A stretch of 63,000 nt of DNA, counting the filler, from Diploschistes diacapsis (Eukaryota): the NCBI GenBank assembly GCA_023645945.1. It is 23 parts of 23 records of this genome, joined end to end, with 100 filler letters (N's around TTAATTAATTAA, not from the genome) between each part and the next. Parts side by side here need not be neighbours in the genome. Positions count along the whole stretch, not along the records: positions 41,775 to 60,604 come from JALAIB010000396.1; positions 60,705 to 61,802 come from JALAIB010003960.1; positions 61,903 to 63,000 come from JALAIB010003961.1; 20 more parts are not named here. One strand, 5' to 3'. Positions 49,301 to 62,525 of the stretch are shown in pieces (position 1 is the first letter of the stretch; the number at the start of each line of letters is the position of its first letter). The translations under genes and the position numbers were made by a program. The notes under the pieces are model-generated. The model did no database searches, was not told the origin of the DNA, and saw only the letters and a list, made by a program, of their open reading frames with translations.

Positions 49301-50732
49301 ATTTAGCGCGGATACAAGTATTTTATCTTCTGAACGTCCCAAGATGCATTTGCCCCATCCTACAACTTCTCAGTCTCAACTTCCGATTTCTCCCGATACG
49401 GACATTCCCTCTGCTTCTTCTCGAAACATGATGCCTCAAATGTCTCAACGCGAGATGCCTTTGAACGGTATGGCGATCTGGAACGACTTCTCTAAGAATG
49501 CAGCAGCCTACGACACTAAGTCTCGCGAAAAAATGGATCAAGAGCACGCAGCTCTCATGATTGAACAGCAAAAGACTGGAAAGCCTCTGTCAACTGGTCC
49601 AGTCTACAATGAAACTTGGAAACAAGTCGTCAAAGGTCAAGACGTTGGAGCTCGCAACTTGGTCAGCTCTGTCAAAACACAACGAGAGTTTTCCAGTTCC
49701 GAAACTGCACCTGCAGCTCAAGCTCCAGCTCCTGTACGCTCGCGCTACCAGGACATCTTTGAGCAGAATGAGCGGTCATTCCACCATCATGGGTCGCTTG
49801 TTCAGTCTATCTTACCACCTTCCCCTCCTGCTGAGGTTGAATTGCACCCGGTGTTTGGTTCCACTCAACGTCCAGTAGTAAATCTACCAGGATCAAAGGT
49901 GAGAGATCCAGATGCTCTTGAAGGAACTCCCCAAAGGCCGATTGTTAGGCTTCCACCGCCTAAGGCTCTCACCTTAATTGGAGCTCCTGCTACGGTAGAG
50001 CCTCGACTCTCGCTCTCACCGCTCCGTGCTCAGCCCTTCGTTGCTAATCCCACTTGGCAGGATCGTATCAATGGTCTCTTTGATCGCAAGGCGGCGGCAG
50101 CAGACAGAAAGCCTCTCGATACAACCGACTTCTCCATCTCAAAACCTCCTCTGGAGCTTTTGTCGGCCGGGTCAACCTCTGTCACACTACCCCCCAAAGG
50201 AGCTTCGGCCATCTTGCGTCCAGAAATTCCCTTGAAGACCGTCGAAGAAGAAGATGCACTCTTTGAAGAGAGAGACTTCGGTTCTGTTCCAACTGTTCGC
50301 GTTCCCGCCATGGCCCCACCATTAGCATGGAACCCTGCGAAGCCTTATGCGAACTGGAAGCGGATGAGAGCCGTGGCTTTGGGCGATGGCCATATCTACA
50401 GTGGGTTCAACTTCATTCCAGGATTCGATGATTTGGCTCGCCAGGCCGATATCCCCGTCGTCATCAGACTTGCTGGAATGATGGATTCCAAAACCAAGCC
50501 GTTGGCTCGTACTGGCAACTTCAAGCAAACCCGCCAACCTTACAACAACAGCTTGCGCAGAAAGCCCAACCATGGACACAAAGGTAGAGAGCAATCCTTG
50601 CCTCTTGGATCTACTCCACCGGGTCAGCTGAACACGGGACGTCAAAACGGACAGCAGGCTGGTGGCCAACGCAAGGCGAGTGGTAATATTGGCCAGACTT
50701 GGGCAAGGCGCGTCTCAGGGGTGGTACAGTAA
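46390..50732 (+). CDS. Large low-complexity Pro/Gln-rich protein, PRRC2/MOS1-like
   Basis: 1163-aa ORF plus upstream exons with GT-AG introns; WADIDDDEDDWAPETIEW motif and a charged coiled coil. Confidence 0.85.
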
Positions 50733-51371
50733 TTGTGTCATAAGTTGGAGGTCACGGATGCATACCATCTAAGGGATGAAGAGATGTTTGAACTTTGGAA
50801 TCATGGAGCTGATTTCACTTTCTCAGGAGTTTATGGATGAAGGACATCTCTGCGGGCGGGACACAGACAACTCTCGGCCACAGCATGTTCGACCCTTCTT
50901 GTATCCCTTGTGGAGGAAGTGCCTTTTCGAACTTGAAACAAAGCATCATCGGTCATTATCGAGGAGAGCGTTGCAAGATGGCTCGCACATGCAGAGATTT
51001 GCAAATAGCACGCATTTGCGCGTGTGTACTAGAGGGAAGGGAGATGGCTCTTTGACTTTGCCTCGTCGGGCTTTGCGCTGCCGGAAGCGAGGAGACTATC
51101 ACACTCTCTGAAATGGAGTTGTAGTGCGCTCAATTGTCGATTGTTATTGCAATACATTTAATACCACTTGAAAGCTCCCGTGCCCGGGCTGGTATTGTGA
51201 AGTGATGGTGGCTCTTTGTTTTCATGTCGTAAAATGACCCTTCCGTTTATTGCCGCTCTAGTTCTAGTCCCTTAACCATCCATCACTCTACTCATTTCCC
51301 CACTCCGCTCATTCCTTACCTACTCTGGAAACTCAACAGCTCCAACCGCTCAGCTCCAGGCGGACAAAAAA

Positions 51372-52862
51372 TCAAGCAACAAGCTCCCAATCCTTGTAGC
51401 TCCACTTCTCCGTCTCAATAACCTTCCTCTTCTTAACCTGGCCTATTGGTTTCCGAACCTCCAGCTTACCCCTTACCTGCAGACTGCGGAACCTGTCCCG
51501 CATCAGGTTCCCCTCTGGCTTCAGCAGACGCAGCGAGTCCTGCAGCTCGTCCGGCAGTACGAGCTCGAGGTCCTTGGGCGGCAGGGCGCGCTTGCCCAGG
51601 CGGGCCCGGCGGCGGAGATTGCTGTCGGAGAGGTCGGAGTCGGAGCCGGCCTTGCTCTGATCATCGGGCCCATCGCCCGTCGCGGCAACAAGAGAGTCCC
51701 GGGCATTTTGGGCGGTGGCTGCGATTGGGCCCCTGGCCGTACTCTTCTCCCGTGCTTCTTTGGCCTTGACTTCCTCTGCAATCTCCTCCACCCGTCTGGC
51801 CTGCTCCTCCTTCTTCTTCAGCTCTTCTTTGCGCTTCTTCTCCCTCTCCTCCTCTTTCCTCCGCTTTATCTTGTTGCGTTCCGCTTTGGTTTTGCGCTCC
51901 GGCCGCTTTTTGTTCAAGGCCTCGGTGTCCACGCCGTCGTACTCGCTCTCGAATCCCTCCCATGCGCTTTCGTCATCCAAAAGTGGATCCCTGTCGGGCC
52001 CCAGCATAGCGGCTTCGATCCTGGCCTGCTCCACGGCTTCGGCAGCGGCATTTGCTTGGCGGCGCTGTTCGGCGAGGACCTCCTTTTCGCCTTCGGAGCG
52101 GAGGAGGGAGTCCCAAGCTTCGAAGGGAGGGTTGTAGGAATGCGCTTCCTTTGGCTTACGGAGTGCGGAGGCTGCCTTTGCCGAATCGAGCAAAGATACT
52201 GGGGGCTGTGAAAGGGTAGAAGGTGCGCGGATAGGCTGAGGTTTATCCAGGAAAGACATATTCTGCTCCTCGGTATCATTTTCAGAAGGGGGTAGAGGCT
52301 CAGCCCACGGATCGGCGCTCGGAGTTGTCGAAATATCTAGGTCTTTAGGCACTGTATCCCCCCCATAAGCGCGTTTGTATAGACGAGCACGTTCTCGAGG
52401 AGAAACATAGTCCTCCTGCTTAAAACGCTTCGTGCGGGGCTCGAGGACGCCGTCTGTTGTCTTCGACTGCGCCTCAGTGCTACTGCGCTTCCTGCGCGTG
52501 TGAACTGCCGGAATGGCGGAGCGTTGAGCGAGAATCTCATCGGATTTGAGGGGTTTCTGGGCTTTCCGTGTGGCGGCGCGGATGCTGCTGGAGCCAGCGG
52601 TGTCGGTTACGAAGAGGGAGGTGGAGGGAAGTTCAGAAAGTATGCCTCTATTGCGGAAGTTAGACGAATTCGATCCAAAGGAATACTACAGGAAATTGGA
52701 GATTATAATTTGAGAGGAGAGGTAGTACCCTTTGATAACCTCGTCGCGGGCTTGCTCAAGGCCGGTTTGGACGGAGGAGACGTCGACGTTTTTGCGCCAG
52801 GCTTTTTTGCCTTTGCGGGATGGTTGCTTGTACTGTTGAGGCGCTGCAACAGCAGAAGCCAT
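51372..52862 (-). CDS. NOP53: 60S ribosome biogenesis protein Nop53
   Basis: QPSRKGKKAWRKNVD, SYNP and ELVLPDELQDSLRLLKPEGNL..DRFRSL; EKWSYKDW end. Confidence 0.95.
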
Positions 52863-53319
52863 GGCTTGAGGGTCTTCAAAGAACAAGCTACACGATCAAC
52901 GCTAACGATGAGTAGAAATAGTTCGTCGGAACGATTCGCTTGAACCTTTTTGCGGGTGTATCGTGCCTCACCAGGTTCGGTTACAGATAAGCATAAATCC
53001 TATGCAAGGTATTATATATACATAACTTACATAAATTGACTTTACAGCCGCTTATTTTCCGCATGCAGCCCTATGGATGGATGAGATACCTTGCAGCGAA
53101 CATCAGGCGTTCAGACGTTAAGCACGACAGGCAGGAAACCATATCCAACCTCTACCCAACCACTCCTTTGAAACAAACGGAATCCTTTCTAAGACACGCC
53201 GGTTTTTAACTTGAGGGGCTCGCTCTTTTCGATCTTGTTCTCCGTTTATGTTTCATTTAGTGATTGAACGATATACCATTCCAGAAACGTCACAGAAGTA
53301 CTGCAGGGGATAATCCATC

Positions 53320-54192
<873 letters not shown>

Positions 54193-54464
54193 ATCAAGTA
54201 CCGCTGTATAAAGAGTTTCCATTGAGGATGTTCAGTGTATGATGTTCCATTCTCGAATTCTTCAAGCGATCTATTGCATTGGGGGTGTATAAGGAAAGCA
54301 TGGAGTTTACATAGGTGGTACAGATTCTGTTCTATGTGATATATTTGACGCTTTTGACTTGGGTTATATGCTTTTTTGGAATGTGCTTTACCATGCCTGA
54401 TCTTTTGCAAGCTTCTCTCCAAAGGCTTGGCGGGTATACTATTTGTTCCCGCCCTTGGGCGCTG

Positions 54465-55971
54465 CTAACACCCGAAGTACCTCTTTTCGACCCACCTTTC
54501 CTCATAGTCCTTTATAATCCTACAAACCACCACTTTCATCTTTGGAAAAACCGCCGCTAGTCGATTGACGCCCAGCTTGCCCGCGAGATACGTCACGAAC
54601 ACGATCCTCCCCTCTTGAACACCATGATCGACAAGGACTTTCACAGCCATCAGAGCAGCACCGCCACTCGCCATTTGAGGGTCCAGGACAAGAACGTTAT
54701 GATGTTCCTTGATGTTATGGGGGAGCTTGTTGAAGTGCAGTTCTGGCTCACCGGTTCGGTAATTGGTCTGTATCAACACGCGTCCCGTTTGGCATTCCGG
54801 GATGACGCGCTTCAGGCCAGTCTCAAAGCACGATCCAGCTCTCAGTATCACAACCGCACTTACCTCTCCGGCTGGCTCAAGCCCATAATACGCGTAGCCC
54901 GGTGGCGTTCGAATCTGGTGCGGCCGAAAATCGAGATTGTCCATGGCCCTCTCGACTAGCAACGCGGCCAGGCGGTCAAAATAGAAATTAAAGTCCACAG
55001 GTGTTGTGTTAGGGTTCTGAAGTATAGTATCCATGGCTTTAATCTGCCGGGTTGGCTGAAGCACATGCACGCTTGAGGCGACCGGCTCATCCTCGACCTG
55101 CTTACCAAGACGTTCGAGATCCTCTTGGTGCTTCCGCGATTTCTCTTCCAAGGTCTGCTGGATGTGCTTCACCATCATGCCAATAGCGACGCGGTTTTCG
55201 ATACCGCGAGGAATGATGACATCGGCAATCTCTCGCTGCGGTTGCACATAGCGGAGGAAGTTTGGCTTGACGAAGTTGAACCACTGCTTGATGCAGCCCT
55301 CGATATCTCGACCTCGGTCCCGGACATCGCGTGTGACTTTGGACATCAGCTGCAGCCTTGAACTTGCGAGGATGATTAGGAGCTTACTGCGTCGTGCAAG
55401 ACATAAATCGCCGTCGGCCTCGGCGAATATTCTCAAATCCAACAGTTCCAAGACACGGGGATCATACAGGGCGAATATTCCTTCGAGCACGAGGACATGG
55501 GGAGAGTATATAGAAGTCGTCTTCTTCTCACGTGCATGCCTATCGAACGAATAGACTGGGATTTCAACTCTGTGCCTGGCATGCATCAGAAGGATTTTAC
55601 GAAGGGGGTGCGGGCCTCTCTTACCCCTGCTTTAGCTCCCGCAGCCGGTCTACTAAAAAGTCAAAGTCGATCGCTTCTGGGGAGTCAAAATCATATTCGT
55701 TGCGAAACGCCCGCGCCGAATCTTCCGCACTCAAGACTTTATAGAAGGAATCCTACCAACAGTGAGCTCCAATTTCGGCCTGTCAAGTAATCCCAGAGTC
55801 TATCGCCCGGATGGAGAGCATCCAATTACCTACCATAGACAGAATCACGACCCATGGTAGGTTGAGAGACCTGATAATTTCTAGCGCTAGGGAGGTCTTA
55901 CCAGAGCCCGAGCTTCCCGCTACACCAACAATACTCATGTCCGCCCAGGGCGGACTATATCTGGTCTCCAT
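54465..55971 (-). CDS. URK1: Uridine kinase with C-terminal UPRTase-like domain
   Basis: RYSPPW, P-loop GSSGSGKTS, DFDSP, EGIFAL, VILRAG and LDPQMASGG; an upstream exon is possible. Confidence 0.95.
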
Positions 55972-56449
55972 TACCTATGAACTCCGCGCCGGTTAAGGGC
56001 AATATGTGAACCATTAAAGAAGAAACATACACAGATAATATAAAAGGAGCCCATATCTATATAGGAAGAATGTACTTTGAAAAGAAAGTCATGGCGTAAA
56101 GTGTAGCAGCGTAGCAGTGCTCTGTCTCACTAGAACGTCGAGTCCACGGGCGGAGAAACATGGCCCGAACAGAGTAGAGCTCTATAGGGCTGGAGACGAA
56201 ATCAATTTAACCTTCCCTTAACCACTGCGAGAAAATTTTTGTTTGTGGGCAAAACATCTCAATATGTAGACACTACCCTCTATGTGCAATGCAGCAAAGG
56301 CTTCGCTTTTCTTACCACTCCCTGACACAGTCCTACTCTGTCTCTCAATGTTCATCTCTCCGCCTTATTCTGTCGCGCTAGACACCAGTGCCGCCCGCTG
56401 TGCACTCTCTTCAGTAGCCTTTGGCTAAGTTGTGCTTGATTCTTTCATC

Positions 56450-57771
56450 ATGGTAAGCAACAATGAATTCAGAACTGCTTGAAGGCCCCGATGCAGCTCA
56501 TGCGGCTATGGAGTTGCTTTTCGGAGCTGCAGTCGCTGCAAGACAAGATGATACTTCATTTCTTTTTTCTGTTCCATCCTCACGTCCTCTTTACTCTCCT
56601 ACCGATACTGAGGCACTATCTGACTGGGTCTATCAGTCTTCGGGCAACACCGCAGGCACAGACCCTGCAAAGGTTGCGGCAGACTTTGAGGAGCGATGCG
56701 CAGCGGTCAAGATCAGCAAGCCGTAAGTAGCTTTCCTTCGTCTTCCTGCAGCCTGTAGGAATTGCCGTATGATGCAAGACACTTTACAATGGGAATCTCT
56801 CTGAACACCTTGAGGAGAACCTAAGTTTATAGCTAGATACTGACTGTTTTTGATGGCTCTATCATCATGCCATTTGCAATTTGTGGCTTTCTACTGATTC
56901 GACCCTTTGTAGGCAAATCAACTCCATCATCATGGATTACCTGGTGGCTGAAGGCTACCCGAAAGCTGCCCAGGATTTTGCTCGTGAGGCCAATATTCAA
57001 CCGTCTGGAGATGTAGACACACTCGAAGCTCGGAAAGATATCAAGCTTGCTATTTACGGCGGCAGGATCAAGGAGGCTATTGGGATGATCAACGAAATAA
57101 ACCCACTGGTGAGCCGGAGTTTTTAGTCTTGTCGTTCTCGCTATGATTAGTCTAGTTTCATGCACCACTCATATACCTAAGGGTGCTGATGAGCAAACAA
57201 ACCTAACTTCAGTCTTCAAAATGAGCAATGAAATCTCCCTCCTTCTATCCACAACAAGTAAAGGCACCTAGCTGACACTTGATAGATCCTTGAACAAGAC
57301 CAAAGCCTTCATTTCTCGCTTCTTCGCCTTCAGTTGATAGAGCTTATCAAAGAATGCAACCATTCTGATGAGAAGGACATTCAACCCCCTCTACAGTTTG
57401 CCACAGATAATCTCGCCCCTGTCGCGCCCACCAATCCCCAATTTCTCAACGACCTGGAGCAGACAATGGCCCTCCTTGTCTTTGATGAAGCTAAGCTCAC
57501 GCCACCTCTGGAGGCTATTCTCGATCCGCAGCTCCGGATGGACATCGCCAAGCAAGTAAATGAAGCAATACTTCGTGCCAACGGTGAGGCTTCAGGCGCC
57601 CGGCTCATTGAAATTCTTAAGACTCGTGTCTGGGCTGAAGCTCAAGCTCGGAAGCTCGGCAAGCTGATTCCTCAGAAGATCGATATCGGTCTTGATCCTC
57701 CTCAAGAGGTAGAGCTAGAGCGCGAGGGACATGGTGATGGCAATGGCGAGGATCAGACAATGGCTGGGTGA
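56450..57771 (+). CDS. GID8: GID/CTLH complex subunit Gid8 (LisH-CTLH-CRA)
   Basis: Exons ATG(56450-52), 56637-56722, 56913-57108 and 57286-57771; LisH INSIIMDYLVAEGYPKAA; LHFSLLRLQLIELI. Confidence 0.9.
56766..56846 (+). ncRNA. Intronic box C/D snoRNA (LSU rRNA guide)
   Basis: Box C ATGATGC 56769; guide TGGGAATCTC with D' CTGA 56801; C' TGAGGA 56811; D CTGA 56840. Confidence 0.75.
57140..57226 (+). ncRNA. Intronic box C/D snoRNA, snR40-like double guide
   Basis: Box C ATGATTA 57143; guide CATGCACCAC (18S); C' TGATGA 57187; guide ACTTCAGTCTTCAAA (LSU); D-variant ATGA 57221. Confidence 0.8.
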
Positions 57772-58244
57772 ACTTGTCGTTACAGCGTTGCGCTTGGCAT
57801 GGTTTTGTGCAGGAGAATGGCTGTAGGGTACGATTATCACGACTTATGGCTGGAGCGTTCACTGCATGGCGTTGTGCAAGCAAGGGCGGAACTGATGTAC
57901 GGACAGTCACAATGCACGAAAGATCAATGTAGAAAACCGTGATACGCTCGAGTTAGTAACCTAAGAACCGTTTCAAACAACAGATCACTAATGCCAGTCA
58001 CTGTCGGCATAGGAAGTCGCATAACTTTCTGCTCTGCTCGATAATGCATTTCCAGCAAACGTTGCTGTTGGTTGGGCGAACCTGAGGCCCAGTTCGGCTA
58101 AGTAGGCCTTATCGATAAGCCCTGCGGACCCATGTCCGCGAAAGTTTAGAGCTGGCAGCACAAGATAGGGTGTTTCGCATTTCCGCGATCCAGGAAGCAA
58201 TTTTCTCTGTTCCAGCTGGTGCCTGTAAATCTAAGCCCTCCATC

Positions 58245-60604
58245 ATGGATAAGTCCAAAGCCCGCTCGAAAGCAGCGCACACTGCACCCTCTTCCAACGA
58301 CCGCATCAGTGCGTCTCATTTCTCCACATCTGCATCTGCAAGCTAACAATCCCACTATAGCCGACCCTCGTTTCTCGAACATCCAGCGCTCCTCCCTTTA
58401 CCGTCTTCCTTCGAAGAAACAAACCCATGTTACGCTCGACTCGCGCTTCGCGCACATGCTGCGCGATGAGCGCTTCTCGTCGAAAGCGAAAGTAGACCGT
58501 TATGGGCGGCGGCTGCCGTGGAAGGGAGCTAATGATGGGGTTAAGGGTCGAGGGCGAATAGGGCCGCTACAGAAGCTGTACAGGGTGGAAGGAGAAGAGG
58601 ACGGTGAGGCGGAGGAAGAAGAGCAGGGCGATGAGGCGGACGATGATGCGGCGGTGCAGGCAGAATTGCATCGGTTGGAGAAGAAGAAGAAGGATGGCAG
58701 CAAGCCCTATGATCCTGCTCGTAATGGCGGTTTCTCTCAGTCCTCTTCGTCGGAGGAAGATACGAGCGAGGAGGAGAGCTCCGACGACGAGGAGGCAGCG
58801 GTGGAGGATGAGCCTGAGATTGCTGCGCCAGGCAACGCAGATGCTCCTGCTGGTAGTGTGACTAGGAGACTGGCGGTCGTGAATCTTGACTGGGATAATA
58901 TCCGGGCTGTGGATTTGATGGCTGTGTTCTCTAGTTTTGTAGGGGACGAAAGGGGATTGGGGAAAGTAGAGAGAGTGGTTGTCTATCCAAGCGAGTTTGG
59001 CAGGGAGAGGATGAAGCGGGAGGAGGTCGAAGGGCCGCCTAGGGAGCTGTTCGCTGGCCAAGGAAACCGAAGGGGGGAGCAGATAGAGGATGAGGATGAA
59101 GAGAATGATACTGATGATGAGGACGAAGATGAGGATGCACGCATCCGAAAATCGATAGTCAAAGAAGATTTGGGGGAGGAGTTCTCGTCCGCCCACCTCC
59201 GGCGCTATCAGCTCGAGCGCCTGCGCTATTACTACGCTGTTCTCACATGCTCCACCCCCGAAGTCGCCAACCACATCTACCAGAACGTTGACGGAACAGA
59301 GTATCTTTCCAGCGCAAACTCCTTCGACCTCCGCTTTATCCCCGACGAAATGGACTTTGCCGACGAAAAGCCGCGCGACGAGTGCGATAAGACTCCCGAC
59401 AAATACCGGCCCAACGAGTTCGTCACCGACGCTCTCCAGCACAGCAAAGTCAAGCTCACCTGGGACGCTGACGACAACAAGCGCAAGGAAGCCCAGAAGC
59501 GCGCATTCGGCGGTAGCAGGAAAGAGATCAACGAGAACGACCTGCAAGCCTACCTAGGCAGCGATAGTAGCCACACCTCCGACGCCGGTTCCGATGCGGA
59601 CGGGAACGGGGACGAGGGCGTCCAGGTCGTCGACGCCACGGCCGCTACCAATACCGTGTCTGCTGATGACAACCAGCTGTCCGACTCCGCACCCTCCGCC
59701 CCTGCAGCACCGGCGTCCAATTTGTCTAGGAAAGAGCAGGGGCGCCAACGCATGCGCTCTCTCCTCGGCCTCCCGGCCGAACCCGCGCCCCGGAAATTGA
59801 ATAGCGAAATGGAGCAGCGTCCAGTGGGAGATATGCAAATAACGTTCACGTCCGGGCTTTCGGACCCCAAAGCTGCGGGCGGGGGCAGCGTGTTTGAAAA
59901 CGAGCCTTTGCCGCCTCACGACGAGACGACGGTGGAGAAGTACATACGGAAGGAGAAGGAGCGCAAGGCCAGGCGAAAGGAGAAGAGCAAAGGCGCGCGA
60001 GATATCGAGGTAGAAGCGGACGGGCAAGGGCGCGGCAGCAAAGAGGCAGCGACTGAGAAGCCAGCGGCGAAGGAGAAGGAGAAGGAGAAGGAGAAGGAAG
60101 ACGAGCAAGACCTCGGCTTCGACGACCCCTTCTTCACGCAGGGCCCCAACGACGCGAAAGCCGCCGCGAAACCGTCGAACAAGGAGCGCAAGGAGGAGAG
60201 GCGGCGGAAGCGAGAGGAGAGGGAAGCGGCCGAAGCGCGCGCGGAAGTCGAGCGCAGGGAACTGGAAGACGTTATGCAGGGCGCTGGCACCGGCACCGGC
60301 ACGGCCACAAGCAGCAAGAACAACCCCCCAGCTCCCTTCTCCCTCCCGCTCCTCTCCCGCGCCGAAAAGACCCTCGCCAAGCTCGCCAGGTCCGGTCTTC
60401 CCGGCAGCAAAAAGCGCAGCAGGAAGCTCGGCCGCCTCTCGGCCGCGGACAGAGCGGCGCTGGAAGCCAAAGAGAAGGATGCGTTCGAGATGGACGTCGC
60501 GGACCCGCGGTTTGCTGCGGTCTACGAGCGGGCGGAGTTCAGGGTCGATCCGAATCATCCTGCTTTCAAAAGGGGGACGGAGGGGATGAGGAGGGTGCTT
60601 GAGG
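58245..60604 (+). CDS. ESF1: Pre-rRNA processing protein Esf1 (3' truncated)
   Basis: Intron 58309-58360; DPRF, VDRYGR, TRRLAVVNLDWDNIRAVDL, LRRYQLERLRYYYAV; NUC153 motif DPRFAAVY..F.VDPNHPAFK. Confidence 0.95.
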
Positions 60605-60979
60605 NNNNNNNNNNNNNNNNNNNNNNNNNNNNNNNNNNNNNNNNNNNNTTAATTAATTAANNNNNNNNNNNNNNNNNNNNNNNNNNNNNNNNNNNNNNNN
60701 NNNNGGCAGAGACAGGCACAAAGACGCGCACAGAGAGGGAGACAGGGGCGGCGGGTACAGGGAAGGCGAGAGGGCGCTGCCGCACGAAGCCGCGGGGAGG
60801 GGCAGGAGCAGGAGCAGGAGCCCCGCCGGCGGCGGCGACGGGCGGGAGAGGGACAGAGAGAGGGAGAGGGACAGGCGGGACAGCTACAGGCGCTGAGGAG
60901 GCGACGACGCCACCGAGGGCGAAAAGACGAAGAAGCTTTTTTCGAGCCTTTTTTTTTTGCTTCCTTCCCCCTTTTCTCT

Positions 60980-61438
60980 TCCAGCCTGCTCTGTCTGTCT
61001 GTCGCGCGCGCGCGCGAGCGGTATCCATCGCCTTACCTACCAACCCACCTACCCATCTGTCTGTCTGTCCGTCCGTCCGTCCGTCCTATGTGCTCGAGAA
61101 AATTTGCGCTCAGGGCAAAACAAACATGGTCCGGTTGGTCCGAAGGGGTTGGGGGCGCGGATTTGCTCGGCGTTGTGCGGCGGCCTGGCGTGGAAGCGAG
61201 AGTATCCGGGATGGACGGGGGCGGGCGCATGTGGGATTGTGGACTGGACTGGACTGGACTGAGACGGAATGGTGCTGGTGCTGGTGATGGTCCTGGCTGG
61301 CGGCGGAAGCTGCGCTGTACTGGATGGGTGGATGGATGGATGGATGGATGGATGGATTGGTTGTGTGGGGCCTGGTTACGTATCTTAGGACATGGATGGA
61401 TTGGGATGGATGGCTGATTGGGTGTATGGGAGAGATTA

Positions 61439-61471
<33 letters not shown>

Positions 61472-61480
61472 TAAACAGAT
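60980..61480. repeat. Microsatellite cluster: (CTGT)n, (CCGT)n, (GACTG)4, (GGAT)n, (GACA)n
   Basis: Directly visible at ~61056-61085, 61242-61261, 61322-61356 and 61438-61478. Confidence 0.9.
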
Positions 61481-61902
61481 AGGTCGAAGAAGATGCGGAA
61501 ACGAGAGTCGACATGCATGTGTCTGTTTGGATTGTGGTGGTAGAGAAAAACGTTCATGCTTGATTCGCTGGGACGGCTGGTACTACCAGAAAAGCGATGC
61601 AGCGATGCTGAAGCAACATCATAGCACCTGCTCGCTCGGATGCCTGCCGCCATGCGCTCCCACACCCCCTTCTCCTTCTCCCTCTCAAACCGCTCCTCCC
61701 CACACCACACTTCAAACCCTCATCTGCTCCAGCAGAACCTTATACTCCTTCCTCTTCTTCCCACCCGTCCCCTTCCCTTTCCCTTTCCGACCCCTCACCC
61801 TCNNNNNNNNNNNNNNNNNNNNNNNNNNNNNNNNNNNNNNNNNNNNTTAATTAATTAANNNNNNNNNNNNNNNNNNNNNNNNNNNNNNNNNNNNNNNNNN
61901 NN

Positions 61903-62525
61903 CCCTCCCCCTCAGCTCCGTTCGCCTCGTGACTCCGCTCCCGCACCCCGAAACCGGCGCGCTGCGCGACGTCATCATCAACGCCCTGCGTCTGCGCAAG
62001 CGCAGCATCGCGCAGCTCCGCGGCACCGAGCCGCCCCAGCGCATCATCGCCGGCGTCTCGCCCGCCATCTCCATCCCCTATCCAGCGAAAAAGGAACCGG
62101 CGGAGGAAGACCACGACGCGGACACGCTGCGCATCGAGGTCGAGGACAAGACGTGGACGCCGACGCTGTCGGAGCCGCCGATGCCGGCGAGCATCATCGA
62201 CGAGCTGAGGGGGAAGTACAGCAAGTTTAGGACGAGGCATGACGAGAGCTGGCTGGAGGGGAAGAGGGAAGAAGATAGGAGGGCGGAGATTAAGAAGAAG
62301 TGGGAGAGGATGGCGCTGAAGAGTCCCACGGCTGAGGCGAGGGCGAGGGAGAGCAGCAGACTGAGGAGGGAGGGTAGGAAGAGATTGGCGATGAAGGCGG
62401 AGACGGCGGAGGCTGTGGGTAGGGTGATGGAGAGGAGTCTTGGCGAGGAAGAGGCGAGGCGGAGATTGGAGGGGCTGGGTCTTGATGGAGGCGGAGGGAG
62501 GGTTCAGGGAGAGGCGAGCATGTAG
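61903..62525 (+). CDS. MRPL40: Mitochondrial ribosomal protein uL24m (MrpL40), 3' part
   Basis: DTLRIEVEDKTWTPTLSEPPMPASIIDELRGKYSKFRTRHD is typical of fungal MrpL40. Confidence 0.8.

Noticed and set aside
60957..61858. Several ORFs in the microsatellite contig
   Set aside because: Low-complexity translations of simple repeats.
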